Part shown: piece after piece, positions 19,899 through 29,617 of the stretch
Layout of the letters: the number at the start of each line of letters is the position of its first letter
Numbering within the stretch: position 1 is the first letter of the stretch
NCBI GenBank assembly: GCA_020346825.1
Contig: CP070791.1
Location: forward strand, 1,128,887 to 1,167,154
Direction of reading: 5' to 3'
Source: Candidatus Bathyarchaeota archaeon
GTDB taxonomy: Archaea; Thermoproteota; Bathyarchaeia; Bathyarchaeales; Bathyarchaeaceae
Length of the DNA stretch: 38,268 bases
Made by a program: the position numbers and the translations under genes
The notes under the pieces: generated by a model
Seen by the model: only the letters and a program-made list of their open reading frames with translations
Database searches by the model: none
Told to the model about the DNA's origin: nothing

Positions 19899-20103
19899 AT
19901 TGTCCAAAAATTATGGTATCAGATGTTTTATAAATGGTGCGTGCAACTCGCGTTCGCGGTTTCGAAGAAGTTCTTTGATGCGCGCGCTTCTCTTCAATTT
20001 GTTACTGAAAAAGAGACCTCCTTCTTCTCCAAGATCCATAAATGCGTCTATAACACTTACATGCGTGGACGTCCAAAAAAAGCGAATCACAAACTCGAGG
20101 ATA

Positions 20104-20847
20104 TTAATGCGATCTCGTTTTCCCTTCCGCAAACGCGCAAGCAGCAATCCTGCAGGCGTAGCAAATTCTTTCATGATCCCACTGAGATAGAGATATCCGC
20201 GCAAACAGCCAAAAAAGAATTAGAGCTACTAAAAACAGGTCAATTATTAGACTCTGAACCAGATTGTCGCCTCCAACCAAGACCAAAAAAGTGCCTAAAA
20301 CGAAGAAGGTGTTAAGAAACAAACGGATAAAACGTCTAAACTCAAACTGGAGCAGACCAAGACCAACTCCCACTGCTCCAGTCCAAACCATTAATGAGCT
20401 ACTCTGTTCAAACCCCAAGTCACCAAAGAAATAGAGAAGGGCACCAACAAGGGCCAAAAATCCTCCCAAAAACAACCCTGTGCAAGCGGCACAAAATATC
20501 CGGTCTCCTATTCTAAAAACGTGACCAGCGTAGTGTTCGCACGGAGGATGGTGCCCTTTCAAAGAGGAGGAAGCCCCGTGGGAAGACAAGCTACTGTGGT
20601 AGGGACGCTTGCTTTTCCCTCCCTTTCCGAAATCGAAAACCCGCGAACATTTTGTTGGGAAAAATACAGCTAAAATACCAAAAATGCAAAGTATTCCAAA
20701 AATAGAGCCAATCAAAGGTTTTCGCCAAGAAAGAGTTTCCTGCACATTTGGTGGATAAAGAGTGAACATTCCTGCAAGAAGTATTCCGAGAAACGACACA
20801 ATAAGTAGATATGTTACGTTGGAGGTGCGAGAGAAGCTCTGGAACAC
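20104..20847 (-). CDS. Multi-pass membrane protein with GHH..C / CAACTG motif (DUF2085-like)
   Basis: About six hydrophobic segments, GHHPPCEHYAGH...FCAACTGLFLG and a C-terminal H..IC..C....C. Confidence 0.7.
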   Translation of the reverse strand: MFQSFSRTSNVTYLLIVSFLGILLAGMFTLYPPNVQETLSWRKPLIGSIFGILCIFGILAVFFPTKCSRVFDFGKGGKSKRPYHSSLSSHGASSSLKGHHPPCEHYAGHVFRIGDRIFCAACTGLFLGGFLALVGALLYFFGDLGFEQSSSLMVWTGAVGVGLGLLQFEFRRFIRLFLNTFFVLGTFLVLVGGDNLVQSLIIDLFLVALILFWLFARISLSQWDHERICYACRIAACAFAEGKTRSH

Positions 20848-21340
20848 GATCAGGCACTTCCTAAAACACTGTTTTAAACGGGTTTGCGATATATTGAGTA
20901 GACAGACACCAATAGACTTTTCTCCTTAATTTATTTCTTGAGAAGAGTCCTTAATTCTTCTACTCCAAGAGGCGAAAAAACGGTTGTAATACTCGTAAAG
21001 CTCCTCCTGCACCTCTTCTCTCAGAAGTGAGTCTGTAGGCGTTATGGCGTGAACCATGTCATAATTCACCCAATTCCAATCTTCTATCCACCCATTTTGC
21101 TTAGCTTCCTCAAATACCTCGGTTCATGTACGCATTCGATTAAAAGCACCTTCGCTTGCGCTACAACCCCCAAGGATTTCCCATTATCCACCTTGCTTCT
21201 TCGGGCTGATTACATTTTCGTTCACCTATCGAGCGCGTGCGACATATGGCTGTTGCTTGTTGCTGAAACCCTTTGTAAAGCCTGAAGCGGCACCACAAAA
21301 ACCTGTGAACGAGACCAGAAGGCCAATGGCTTTGGGAAGT

Positions 21341-21631
21341 TTATTTCTTGGTGCCCACTATTGTCAATCTCTGTTGCCCAGAACCAGTTAACTTCCAAAT
21401 GTATGGTCGTTTGCCCTTGCAGGTGAGGATGTTTTCAGCCTCAAGCAGATGAAGGTGATGGAGAACAGACGCATATTTTAGACCGGTTTCCTGCGCAACT
21501 TCTTTTGCATTAGAAGCGTTCTTCTCAAGAATCAAGATTGTTTGCGTTCTAGCCAACAATCCCCTTTGAACATTTCTCTTCAACGTCAAAAAAGCCTTAG
21601 GATGATAGGGCACCTTAAACATGATCCTCAA
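21341..21631 (-). CDS. Small winged-helix (ArsR-like) DNA-binding protein
   Basis: RTQILILE...AKEVAQETGLKYASVLHHLHLLEAENIL...PYIWKLT; directly downstream of DP2. Confidence 0.8.
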   Translation of the reverse strand: MRIMFKVPYHPKAFLTLKRNVQRGLLARTQTILILEKNASNAKEVAQETGLKYASVLHHLHLLEAENILTCKGKRPYIWKLTGSGQQRLTIVGTKK

Positions 21632-21674
21632 AATAAAGTAAACTTTAACACAAAAAAGGTTTCCAGTAGTGCTG

Positions 21675-24600
21675 TTAAGCGACGAATTTTGTGAGGCTAA
21701 TTTGTTTAGGTTTGTTACCTTCGAACAAGGATCGTATTTCTTCTTCGACTAGGAAAAGTCGTTGAGTATAATAGTCGGAGAGACCATATTTTTGAACTAT
21801 TTGGTGTGCTGCTTCTAGATACTTTTCAATTCCTCCACGGTACACAGTTAGGACCACTGCGCCTCCACAACCAGGACACTTTCCGAGGAGCGGCGGGCGT
21901 CTAAACCGTCTGTTGCAAGATTTACATCTAAAGTTTTGGGTGGTGAAAGCTCTTAGGTTTCCCGCGATGTCACGGATAAAATGTGTCGTCAGAACTTTTT
22001 TCGCAACCATCTCCGCGTCGACAGCTTCAATCTTTTCCGCCAACTCAAGTTGACTATGCAACTTTTTAACCATCCGCCCCAGTCTCTTATACACACTCTC
22101 TTCATTACCAATATTGATGTCAGAAACGGGAATTGTATACTTGAACCCTTGAAACTGTGCTGCGGTGTTCAATCGATGTTCAATAAGGTCTATGAGTTCA
22201 CTCACTTTCTGCGGGGACTCTTTGTGCTCAGTTCTTTCATAGAAGGCGGATGGATATTTTGCTGCAACATCAACTTCATGAGCTTGTCGCTGCACTTCTA
22301 GTGGATTCACAACCGGAATTATGAACAACGGGGCATCCATTATTCCCCCTATCTGAGCAGGTAAATAGGCTTTAGAGAAGTTTAAGATCGCGTCCAAAGT
22401 GAGTATTAGAGAGTCCTCGTCACCATCACAGTCTCTACGCTTTGCTGAATGCCATAATGGATGAGCATAACAAACGTTCAAGCGAGTGAAGCCAATGATC
22501 CTCCCGAGGATGCCTACGGAGGTGTGTGGTGCCAAACCTACCACTAGATGCCCGATCAAGTCATCGGCGCGTTTAATGTTGTAATATGACGAAAGCCCAT
22601 ACGCTTTTTCTAGGAGTTCATCTAGGAAGTTGGCAACGCGAACGAAGTATTCTGCGCTCTTCAGCGGGATAATCACGTCTTGCACTTTAAGCTCACATAG
22701 CTGGTGGGCGCCAGACAATTTGTTTCCATTGCAATCGTAGCGGTAGCCAAGTTGCCGAAGATTTTCTACAGGCACACCAATTTCTGCAGCCATAAAATGC
22801 GTCAAAGGAGTGTTTGTAATATCGAACCGCATTGTTCCGTCCTTGAAAACAGACAAGTCGTGTTTCGCTCGCAGAATTCCCTTTTCAAGGATTTCAGGTG
22901 TTTTTGTTTCGTTCGTCAGACCCTTTACACCCTTCACTAGTTCGGGGATGGGAAGGTTCAGCTTCTTGCAGGCTTCATTCATCATCTCTTTAAGATCAAC
23001 TGATTGTTTGTTGTAGCTCCTTGTTGGAATCCTGCAAACGGGACAGAAAACGTCTTTTAGACGTCTTTTGCATTGGGGACAAAAATGTTCTACCAACGTG
23101 TCTGTTCCACATTTGAGACATTTCGTTCTGTAGGATGTTTCGTTACATTCTGAACAACGACGACTAGCGAGGTCAATATCGATTGTGGCACTGTTCAATG
23201 CTTCAGTAAGGTTTCGTCGAGAACCTCCTGCGAGCCCAATGGGGAAGAGGACGTGAACAAGTGGCCTCATCTCTCGCCTTTTCGCCTTTTCTGGGCGCCC
23301 CATTCTGGCGCCGATAAAGGTGGGAGCCTTTTTTCGCATAGGAATGCCTGTGAGGTTCTGAATGATTTCAAAGGCGTTTTTTGAGTGGACTATCTTTGTT
23401 TTAGTGGTGGGCGGTCCAAGACTATAAGCTAAAACATACGCCTCATCGTTTCTTATCCTAATTTTGTTTTCGCTGACTTCATGTGGAATACAAATCCTTT
23501 CAAGTATCTCTTTTACCGCCTCGTTATATACGCCAGTTATTTCTTGATCAATGTTGGCTTTCTTTTGCCTTTCGGAATTCAAAACCCATTTCCTTAACAT
23601 ATTAAATTCTTTACCCGAAACATTGCGCCAAAAAAAGGTGAAAGAAGGGTGAAGAGGTATCTTAAGCGCTAAAGATAATGCTATTGCCTCTTTGGCGCTC
23701 GGCTTGTTTTTGAAGGGATTCTTTAGGAAATCGTCAAGACGAGCTGTACAAATTTTGACGGTTGCCGCCGCCTTTTCTAGACTACCATGAAAAGCCTGTT
23801 TGATGAGCGATTGAAGCTCTTCACGCCACCATTCCTCAGTGTACCCGGAAGGAAGGAGAGGTTTATTATTATATAGAAAGTCGCCGAATCCGATGAGAAT
23901 GTCTCCAAGAAATAGAATTTTTTCAATTCGGTTTCTTATTTCTTTGAAGTTTTGAAGCGTGACACGAACAACGGATCCGTTTCTTAATCGTACAATCGGG
24001 GGTTCTATCGCGTCTACAGGAACAACAACCCCGGCTTTTCCGGGTCCTTCGATGCGAATCTGTGTTCCTGCGGCGAGAAAATTTTGGAGAACCATCATAG
24101 TCACCGGGTGTATGCCCACTGCTGCAAGGCCGGTATTCCTGGCTCTTCCATAGCGAAGCCTGAAGCCTCCTTGCCTTGACGGAAACGAAAAAATAGGACG
24201 GCCAGCTATGACGTCTTCCATAAAACCGGCCGTCTTCTTTTTCTCGATTTCTCTTATTTGCCTCAACCAACCCCATCCCTCGATTCCCAGTTTCTCGACG
24301 ATCGTCCAAACTTTTGCGGAGCGTCCTACAACTCCGTCATTTACAACTCGAAGAGCTCCGCCTCGAATTCTGTTTGTTTCAATTCGCGGAAGGTTGCGGA
24401 AGGATGAAACTTCAATTGGGTCGGACTCGGTGCCAGTGACTTCCACAGGAATAAATTGAATAGCTCTTTTCAATTCCTCGTCTGAAACATGATACTGGAA
24501 TCTTGCTACCGCCCGCTCGAATAGTCGTACTTCTTCTGTGAAACGTTTGATTTCCTCCTCGGTTGGCTTATAACGATCTAATCCGATCAGCCGGCGAACA

Positions 24601-25088
24601 AAATCTCCAATCACAAGGGTCAAGGCTTGTTCAGTGCCGCCTGCTGAACGTATTGGGCCAGCATAATAGATTGCCAGATATTTTGTTCGATCCGGGTTGG
24701 ATTTTATTGCTACTCGTGCCACACCTTGTAGTGGGGCCGCAGTGATTCCTTCAGTTAATATTGCGAGAGCGGTTCTTATGGCTTGCTCAGCTGCTTCACG
24801 TGCATCCATGTGCCCAAATTTTCCATAGACAATCTGCTCCGCAACTTTGAAAGCAAGCTCTTCTCGTGGTAGTTTCTTGCTTAAATCTCGTATGCTTTCG
24901 GCGACTCCGGAAGGACCTACAAGCCCCTCGACAAGCTTGGCTAAATCCTTCGCAACTTCAGGCTCAGGTCTAAGAGCCGGGTCTAGCCCGAGTGCTCTTG
25001 CTTTTCTTGCGACAGCATACAGGTTCTCTAGTTTCTTTTCTAAAATAGCCGTGTATTCTTGGTACTCTTTGCTCATCTCGCTGTCCAA
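21675..25088 (-). CDS. polC: DNA polymerase D large subunit DP2, no intein
   Basis: AGPIRSAGGT, GGFRLRYGRARNTG, IGARMGRPEK, KDGTMRFD, APHTS, catalytic KRRDCDGDED and C-terminal Zn fingers. Confidence 0.98.
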   Translation of the reverse strand: MDSEMSKEYQEYTAILEKKLENLYAVARKARALGLDPALRPEPEVAKDLAKLVEGLVGPSGVAESIRDLSKKLPREELAFKVAEQIVYGKFGHMDAREAAEQAIRTALAILTEGITAAPLQGVARVAIKSNPDRTKYLAIYYAGPIRSAGGTEQALTLVIGDFVRRLIGLDRYKPTEEEIKRFTEEVRLFERAVARFQYHVSDEELKRAIQFIPVEVTGTESDPIEVSSFRNLPRIETNRIRGGALRVVNDGVVGRSAKVWTIVEKLGIEGWGWLRQIREIEKKKTAGFMEDVIAGRPIFSFPSRQGGFRLRYGRARNTGLAAVGIHPVTMMVLQNFLAAGTQIRIEGPGKAGVVVPVDAIEPPIVRLRNGSVVRVTLQNFKEIRNRIEKILFLGDILIGFGDFLYNNKPLLPSGYTEEWWREELQSLIKQAFHGSLEKAAATVKICTARLDDFLKNPFKNKPSAKEAIALSLALKIPLHPSFTFFWRNVSGKEFNMLRKWVLNSERQKKANIDQEITGVYNEAVKEILERICIPHEVSENKIRIRNDEAYVLAYSLGPPTTKTKIVHSKNAFEIIQNLTGIPMRKKAPTFIGARMGRPEKAKRREMRPLVHVLFPIGLAGGSRRNLTEALNSATIDIDLASRRCSECNETSYRTKCLKCGTDTLVEHFCPQCKRRLKDVFCPVCRIPTRSYNKQSVDLKEMMNEACKKLNLPIPELVKGVKGLTNETKTPEILEKGILRAKHDLSVFKDGTMRFDITNTPLTHFMAAEIGVPVENLRQLGYRYDCNGNKLSGAHQLCELKVQDVIIPLKSAEYFVRVANFLDELLEKAYGLSSYYNIKRADDLIGHLVVGLAPHTSVGILGRIIGFTRLNVCYAHPLWHSAKRRDCDGDEDSLILTLDAILNFSKAYLPAQIGGIMDAPLFIIPVVNPLEVQRQAHEVDVAAKYPSAFYERTEHKESPQKVSELIDLIEHRLNTAAQFQGFKYTIPVSDINIGNEESVYKRLGRMVKKLHSQLELAEKIEAVDAEMVAKKVLTTHFIRDIAGNLRAFTTQNFRCKSCNRRFRRPPLLGKCPGCGGAVVLTVYRGGIEKYLEAAHQIVQKYGLSDYYTQRLFLVEEEIRSLFEGNKPKQISLTKFVA

Positions 25089-25225
25089 AACCGGTCTCCT
25101 TCAATAGGATATTTGGCAGCGGATATTGAGTCTTTCTGACATAAAGCAGATAAAAAGCAAGGATGCGTTTTCGCGAGTTTAGAATGAAAGGAGAGTGGAT
25201 CCCGTTTCTGTGAGTGTTCCTTCAC

Positions 25226-25993
25226 TTATTCTACGTTTGGGTGTTTCGTGTTTTTTACCAATTCTCTGATTTTATCTGTCGCCGTGTACTCTTCTACAAT
25301 GGTGCCTGTAACAATGATGTCTGCCCCAGCGGTTGCTGCTTGTTTTACTTGTTCACCCGTTTTTATGCCTCCACCTACCACTAAACGCAGATTGGTAACG
25401 CGCTTTACACTTTGTATCATTTCGGGCGGTACTGGTTGTTTTGCGCCAGATCCCGCCTCCAAGTATACGAAACGCATTCCAAAATACTCTGCTACCAAGG
25501 CATGTGCAACAGTGAGTTCAGGTTTGTCATATGGAATAGGAATGGCCCGTCCAACGACGCTAGCTACGCGGCCTTCTCCCACGATTATATAACCTAATGG
25601 AATTGGCTCCAGATTAAATCTTTTGATGAGTGGTGCGCCCAGAACATGGGCTCCAATAATGAAGTAAGGATCTGTGGAATTTAGGAGCGACATGAACCAT
25701 ATGGCGTCGGCATATCTGCTAATACCCGTTACATTGTTGGGAAAAAGAATTACAGGAATCTCCACCGTCCTTTTTATAGCCTTTACAATCCGATCTAATC
25801 GTGAAGTGGATACAATCGTTGATCCGCCGACCATAATGGCCGCTGATTGACAGGACTCCGCTTCTTGAACTATGCGAGCTGCAGATTGAGGACTGGTCAT
25901 TTCAGGATCAACTAGAGTCATATGAAGGGTTCCTTCTTTCTGTATCTTTTCTAGAAGGTATTCTTCCACTTTACCAATCATACAGAGTCCCAC
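25226..25993 (-). CDS. Geranylgeranylglyceryl phosphate synthase (group II)
   Basis: HMTLVDP, IMVGGS, PVILFP, FMSLLNS, YLEAGSGA and VGGGIK. The start may be ATG 25981. Confidence 0.94.
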   Translation of the reverse strand: MGLCMIGKVEEYLLEKIQKEGTLHMTLVDPEMTSPQSAARIVQEAESCQSAAIMVGGSTIVSTSRLDRIVKAIKRTVEIPVILFPNNVTGISRYADAIWFMSLLNSTDPYFIIGAHVLGAPLIKRFNLEPIPLGYIIVGEGRVASVVGRAIPIPYDKPELTVAHALVAEYFGMRFVYLEAGSGAKQPVPPEMIQSVKRVTNLRLVVGGGIKTGEQVKQAATAGADIIVTGTIVEEYTATDKIRELVKNTKHPNVE

Positions 25994-26235
25994 TAGACGT
26001 TAGTTGCGCCCGAATAGAATTTGTCTGTGAATTGACAGTATATGTCGATCTCTTGGAAGGCGGGGCGGACAGACAGTTCATCCGTTAAGCCGCAACTTCC
26101 ACATCGCACCCTTGCGTTGTCTTCACCTGGCCGCAGCTCAACCCTGATAGCTTCTTTACCACATTTAGGGCACAGGTAAACCTTGGGCAACTTCGCTTTA
26201 GGGATCCGAACAACCTTTCTTCGTCTTCTACCCAT
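25993..26235 (-). CDS. elf1: Transcription elongation factor Elf1
   Basis: MGRRRRK...[11 protein letters not shown]...CGSCG...IDIYCQFTD is the Elf1 Zn-ribbon signature. Confidence 0.9.
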   Translation of the reverse strand: MGRRRRKVVRIPKAKLPKVYLCPKCGKEAIRVELRPGEDNARVRCGSCGLTDELSVRPAFQEIDIYCQFTDKFYSGATNV

Positions 26236-26403
26236 ATCAAAGTCCCCAGTACTAGTGTAAAACCTTAAGCTACTACTAAATTACCCGTGTCCAAATACAG
26301 CTTAATGGCTTAAATATTTGTCTTAGAAGCCGGACTTTACGAGATTAAAATGAATGGAAAAACACGACTTATTAAAAAGGAGACGCGATAGTAGAAATGC
26401 AAG

Positions 26404-27255
26404 GTGTACACATTGAAGATAACGCCTAGCGTTCTGAAATTGGATTTGCCACTGGTTGAAAATAGAATTGAGGGGTTCATTAAAGATTACGTAGAAAAAT
26501 GTGGGACCGAGGGAGTGGTCTTAGGTGCATCCGGTGGACTTGACAGCTCAACAACGCTGGCTCTCGCCTCTCTTTCTTTAGGAGGCGACAGAGTGCTGGG
26601 CATTGCGATGCCCGAGCAGGAAACACACAACGCCACAGATATTCAACACGCAAAACTTCTTGCAGAAGAATTTGGCTTCAATATCCAAGTCGTTGACATC
26701 TCGTCAACGCTAAAAACGTTCTTCCACACGCTCCCAATTTACGATGCCACAAACAAACTTAGTAAAGGTAACGTAAAGGCGAGAATTAGAATGGTTTATC
26801 TCTACTATTATGCCAACAAACTTAACAGACTGGTGTGTGGCACCTCCGACAAATCTGAAACCATGATGGGTTACTTCACAAAGTGGGGAGACGGGGCTGC
26901 CGACATTTCACCCATCATGGATCTTTACAAGACCCAAGTTATGCAACTAGCTTCACATGTAGGTGTTCCAACCGGAATTGTGACGAAGCCGCCCTCTCCT
27001 AGGCTTTGGCCGAACCAGCTAGCGGAAAAAGAGTTAGGTATCAAGTATGAGATTCTAGATTTGATTCTGTTCGGCTTGGAACATTTTATGAAGCCTCAGG
27101 AAATCTCCGGGCAACTAAATCTGCCTATGGCCTTGGTTGAAGCCGTTAAGAGCCGGTGGCTAGCCTCAGAACACAAAAGGCAACCACCCTTAACAACAAA
27201 ACTTGGATTCAGAACCGTTGGAAAAGACTTTAGAGTTCCCCGGGGACTACACTAA
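26404..27255 (+). CDS. nadE: NH3-dependent (single-domain) NAD+ synthetase
   Basis: SGGLDS, GNVKARIRM, GYFTKWGDG, DLYKTQV, KPPSPRLW and SEHKR. Confidence 0.96.
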   Translation: MYTLKITPSVLKLDLPLVENRIEGFIKDYVEKCGTEGVVLGASGGLDSSTTLALASLSLGGDRVLGIAMPEQETHNATDIQHAKLLAEEFGFNIQVVDISSTLKTFFHTLPIYDATNKLSKGNVKARIRMVYLYYYANKLNRLVCGTSDKSETMMGYFTKWGDGAADISPIMDLYKTQVMQLASHVGVPTGIVTKPPSPRLWPNQLAEKELGIKYEILDLILFGLEHFMKPQEISGQLNLPMALVEAVKSRWLASEHKRQPPLTTKLGFRTVGKDFRVPRGLH

Positions 27256-27299
27256 ATCTAACAAAACTCCCCACAATTATGGGTTTGTAGAGGAACTGT

Positions 27300-28133
27300 G
27301 TGTTGAATAAAGTTAATGTAGCTCTTGCGCAAATGATGTGCAAAGTTGGAAGCAAAAAAAGCAATCTAGATATAATGAAAAGGAATATTGAACAAGCAAA
27401 GAAAAGGAACGCAAATCTCGTTATTTTTCCAGAGCTCTCATTAACAGGCTACTCGAATCGAGATCTTACATACGAGTTGGCTGAGTCCGTTCCAGGCCCT
27501 TCCACTCGTTTTCTAGAGGAGATAGCAAAGAAAGAGGAGCTATACGTAGTGTTTGGAATGCCGGAACATAGCGAAAAAGCACGCGCAGTTCTATTCAATA
27601 CCGCGGTTTTGTTGGGTCCTAACGGATTGATCGGCAAGTACCGAAAGATGCACTTGCCAACTCACAGCGTTTTCGAAGAAAAACGCTATTTTCGACTAGG
27701 ATATAAGGCACCAATTTTCGAAACAGAAATCGGAAAAATTGGTTTAACGATTTGTTATGATCTGTTTTTCCCGGAAATGTCCCGTTTGCTGAGAATGCAA
27801 GGTTCACAACTCATAATCTGTATATCCGCCTCGCCAGGCGTGAGGAGCAGGTTCTTTGAGGTATTCACCGTCGCGAGGGCCATTGAAAACACCGTTTTTC
27901 TAATCTATGTGAACCTTGTTGGAGTTGAAAACGGGCTACAATTTTGGGGAGGAAGCAGAATAATAGACCCCCGTGGAAACCTCCTCACTAAGGCCAAGTA
28001 TGATGAAGAAGATTTAGTAGTAGGTCACATTGACTACTCAGATTTAGAACATACAGAAACCTTTGTACCCACGCTTCGCGACTTAAGACCCGAACTATTC
28101 GCCTCCTTACGTGATCACGCAGAAACCCTTTGA
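27300..28133 (+). CDS. Carbon-nitrogen hydrolase (nitrilase superfamily); candidate glutaminase partner of NadE
   Basis: Catalytic triad motifs FPELSLTGY (E), YRKMHL (K) and ICYDLFFPE (C), plus RAIEN; 44 bp downstream of nadE. Confidence 0.9.
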   Translation: MLNKVNVALAQMMCKVGSKKSNLDIMKRNIEQAKKRNANLVIFPELSLTGYSNRDLTYELAESVPGPSTRFLEEIAKKEELYVVFGMPEHSEKARAVLFNTAVLLGPNGLIGKYRKMHLPTHSVFEEKRYFRLGYKAPIFETEIGKIGLTICYDLFFPEMSRLLRMQGSQLIICISASPGVRSRFFEVFTVARAIENTVFLIYVNLVGVENGLQFWGGSRIIDPRGNLLTKAKYDEEDLVVGHIDYSDLEHTETFVPTLRDLRPELFASLRDHAETL

Positions 28134-28208
28134 GACATACCTGCCCGCGTAGATAGACCTCAAGATCTGCCTGATAAAGAGCTCCTACCTAAGGCCTGTC
28201 ACGGTTTT

Positions 28209-28264
28209 GGTGCTTGTGATAATCACACGTGATCTTCTTGTGATCAAAGAGATCACAAAAGCAC
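28209..28264. repeat. TGTGAT/ATCACA array 1 (nested imperfect inverted repeat)
   Basis: TGTGAT at 28215 and 28239, ATCACA at 28222 and 28252, CGTGAT at 28228; bracketed by GTGCTT...AAGCAC. Confidence 0.85.
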
Positions 28265-28682
28265 CCCTTTGGAAGTTGTTCTCGCGAAAGGCTGTTACGC
28301 CCGGAACATCGCAATATCAATTGAACCCACGAAAAAAAAAGGGGCGTGTTATGTCGCTATATTCTCCTGGCTGGAAACTAAAACTTTGCGTTTTTTGTGA
28401 CTGTTGGTTCCAAACAGTGAATGCAACCGAAATAAACTGTATGAGCAGAAAAGAAACAAAGAACCAAGAGAAGGCAATCCACAATCTCGCGTAAGATGTT
28501 TGAAAACAGCGTGTTTAGGTGCTCAAAGCTTCAATTATATAAGAAGTTCCCAGGTATTTACGCATTCTCATACATTGTGGCCCAGGCACCCGCGCAAGAA
28601 CCCATTAATGACGAAACCATAAATCTTTAGTATGCGCGTATACAAAAGCGTATCCCTCAGACACTCCTCCGGGGGAAAAAGG

Positions 28683-29159
28683 TTGCGCTCAAAAGAAAGG
28701 GCCCAAAAGTGGATAAAAAGCTTACTAGAAGATCCAATTGCGAAGGTGCTGGCAAAAAACAGCACTCTAACCAAAACACAGCTAGAAACGCTTCTAATCG
28801 ACTATCTAGCCGAAAGTCTGTCTGGAAAAGAACTAAAATACGACGAGAAGGCTAGATTAAGGATTTCGGCCGTGAGTCGTGGCGCTTTCAACAGAACTCT
28901 GCGGCAAGCCAGATGGAATGTCATCCAATCCCTCTACACGATCTTCCTTCTAGGATATTTGGGGGTTTTTGAGGACACGCGATTGGATCATTATCTAGAG
29001 GTTTCAAACAAACTAAAAACCTACATGAAGGCCCGCAGAAACCTCGTAACAAAAGAGGGGACAAACCAACACTTGAAAATCATAAGCGCATTACATGAAG
29101 AACTTAAAACAAGCCTAGAACACTTATCTAAACCAAGAACCAGGTCAAGCAAACTGTGA
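28683..29159 (+). CDS. Uncharacterised HTH-like protein
   Basis: LTKTQLETLL...YDEKARLRISAVSRGAFNRTLRQAR resembles an HTH and is followed by an amphipathic/hydrophobic helix. Start at TTG 28683 after GGGGG is inferred (the ORF track gives 28632). Confidence 0.75.
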   Translation: MRSKERAQKWIKSLLEDPIAKVLAKNSTLTKTQLETLLIDYLAESLSGKELKYDEKARLRISAVSRGAFNRTLRQARWNVIQSLYTIFLLGYLGVFEDTRLDHYLEVSNKLKTYMKARRNLVTKEGTNQHLKIISALHEELKTSLEHLSKPRTRSSKL

Positions 29160-29173
29160 TATCACACATCACA
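29155..29173. repeat. TGTGAT/ATCACA array 2: perfect palindrome TGTGATATCACA plus an extra ATCACA
   Basis: Palindrome at 29155-29166 overlaps the TGA stop of the upstream gene; ATCACA at 29168. Confidence 0.85.
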
Positions 29174-29412
29174 GTGTTGTTACAACAGAAGATTTGCAGG
29201 CGCATAAAAACCAACGATCCCAGAGACAGAGAAACTCAATTTTATGGAGTCGCGTTCGGCGGTTTTTGAGGTTATATTTGGCGTCCTTTTTAAAAATAAA
29301 GCGTCTTTCGCGTTACTTCGGTTCGAAAGAGTTACCAAGTATAGGTGCAACAGTGGAAAGGAACTATGTCAAGGCGTGCCTTCTTCAAGGAGGGAGTTTT
29401 TCAAGGAATGGG

Positions 29413-29549
29413 TGTGATATGTGATGTCACGGCTACAAAGGTCTTCGTGCTCCCCAATTTAACATAAAACTTAAGTTTATGCATATAATAATGTGATGTG
29501 TGATCAGGCTATGGAGATCACATGGTATCACATACGAATCACAAGTGAT
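29413..29549. repeat. TGTGAT/ATCACA array 3
   Basis: TGTGAT at 29413, 29420, 29492 and 29499; ATCACA at 29517, 29527 and 29538 (10-11 bp period); AGTGAT at 29544. Confidence 0.88.
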
Positions 29550-29617
29550 CCTACGCCTTTTTTTCCACTTCACAAAGCATCTCCAATTCATCCTAAAAGA
29601 GGGAGAGGTGCGGCCTT

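Noticed and set aside
19818..20315. ORFs 19818-20315, 19900-20190 and 19911-20204
   Set aside because: They overlap tRNA-Val, its promoter or the membrane protein gene, and show no recognisable motifs.
21675..25088. Intein in DP2 (or in Cdc6)
   Set aside because: Lengths are typical and the usual insertion regions (KRRDCDGDED, Walker A) are uninterrupted.
28325..28346. ORB-like ACCCACGAAAAAAAAAGGGGCG
   Set aside because: It lacks the TCCA...GAAA spacing of the real ORBs and is dominated by a poly-A run.
28209..29549. Repeat arrays as a CRISPR array or transposon ends
   Set aside because: The units are 6-12 bp, irregularly spaced and in both orientations. There is no repeat-spacer periodicity, no cas gene and no transposase.
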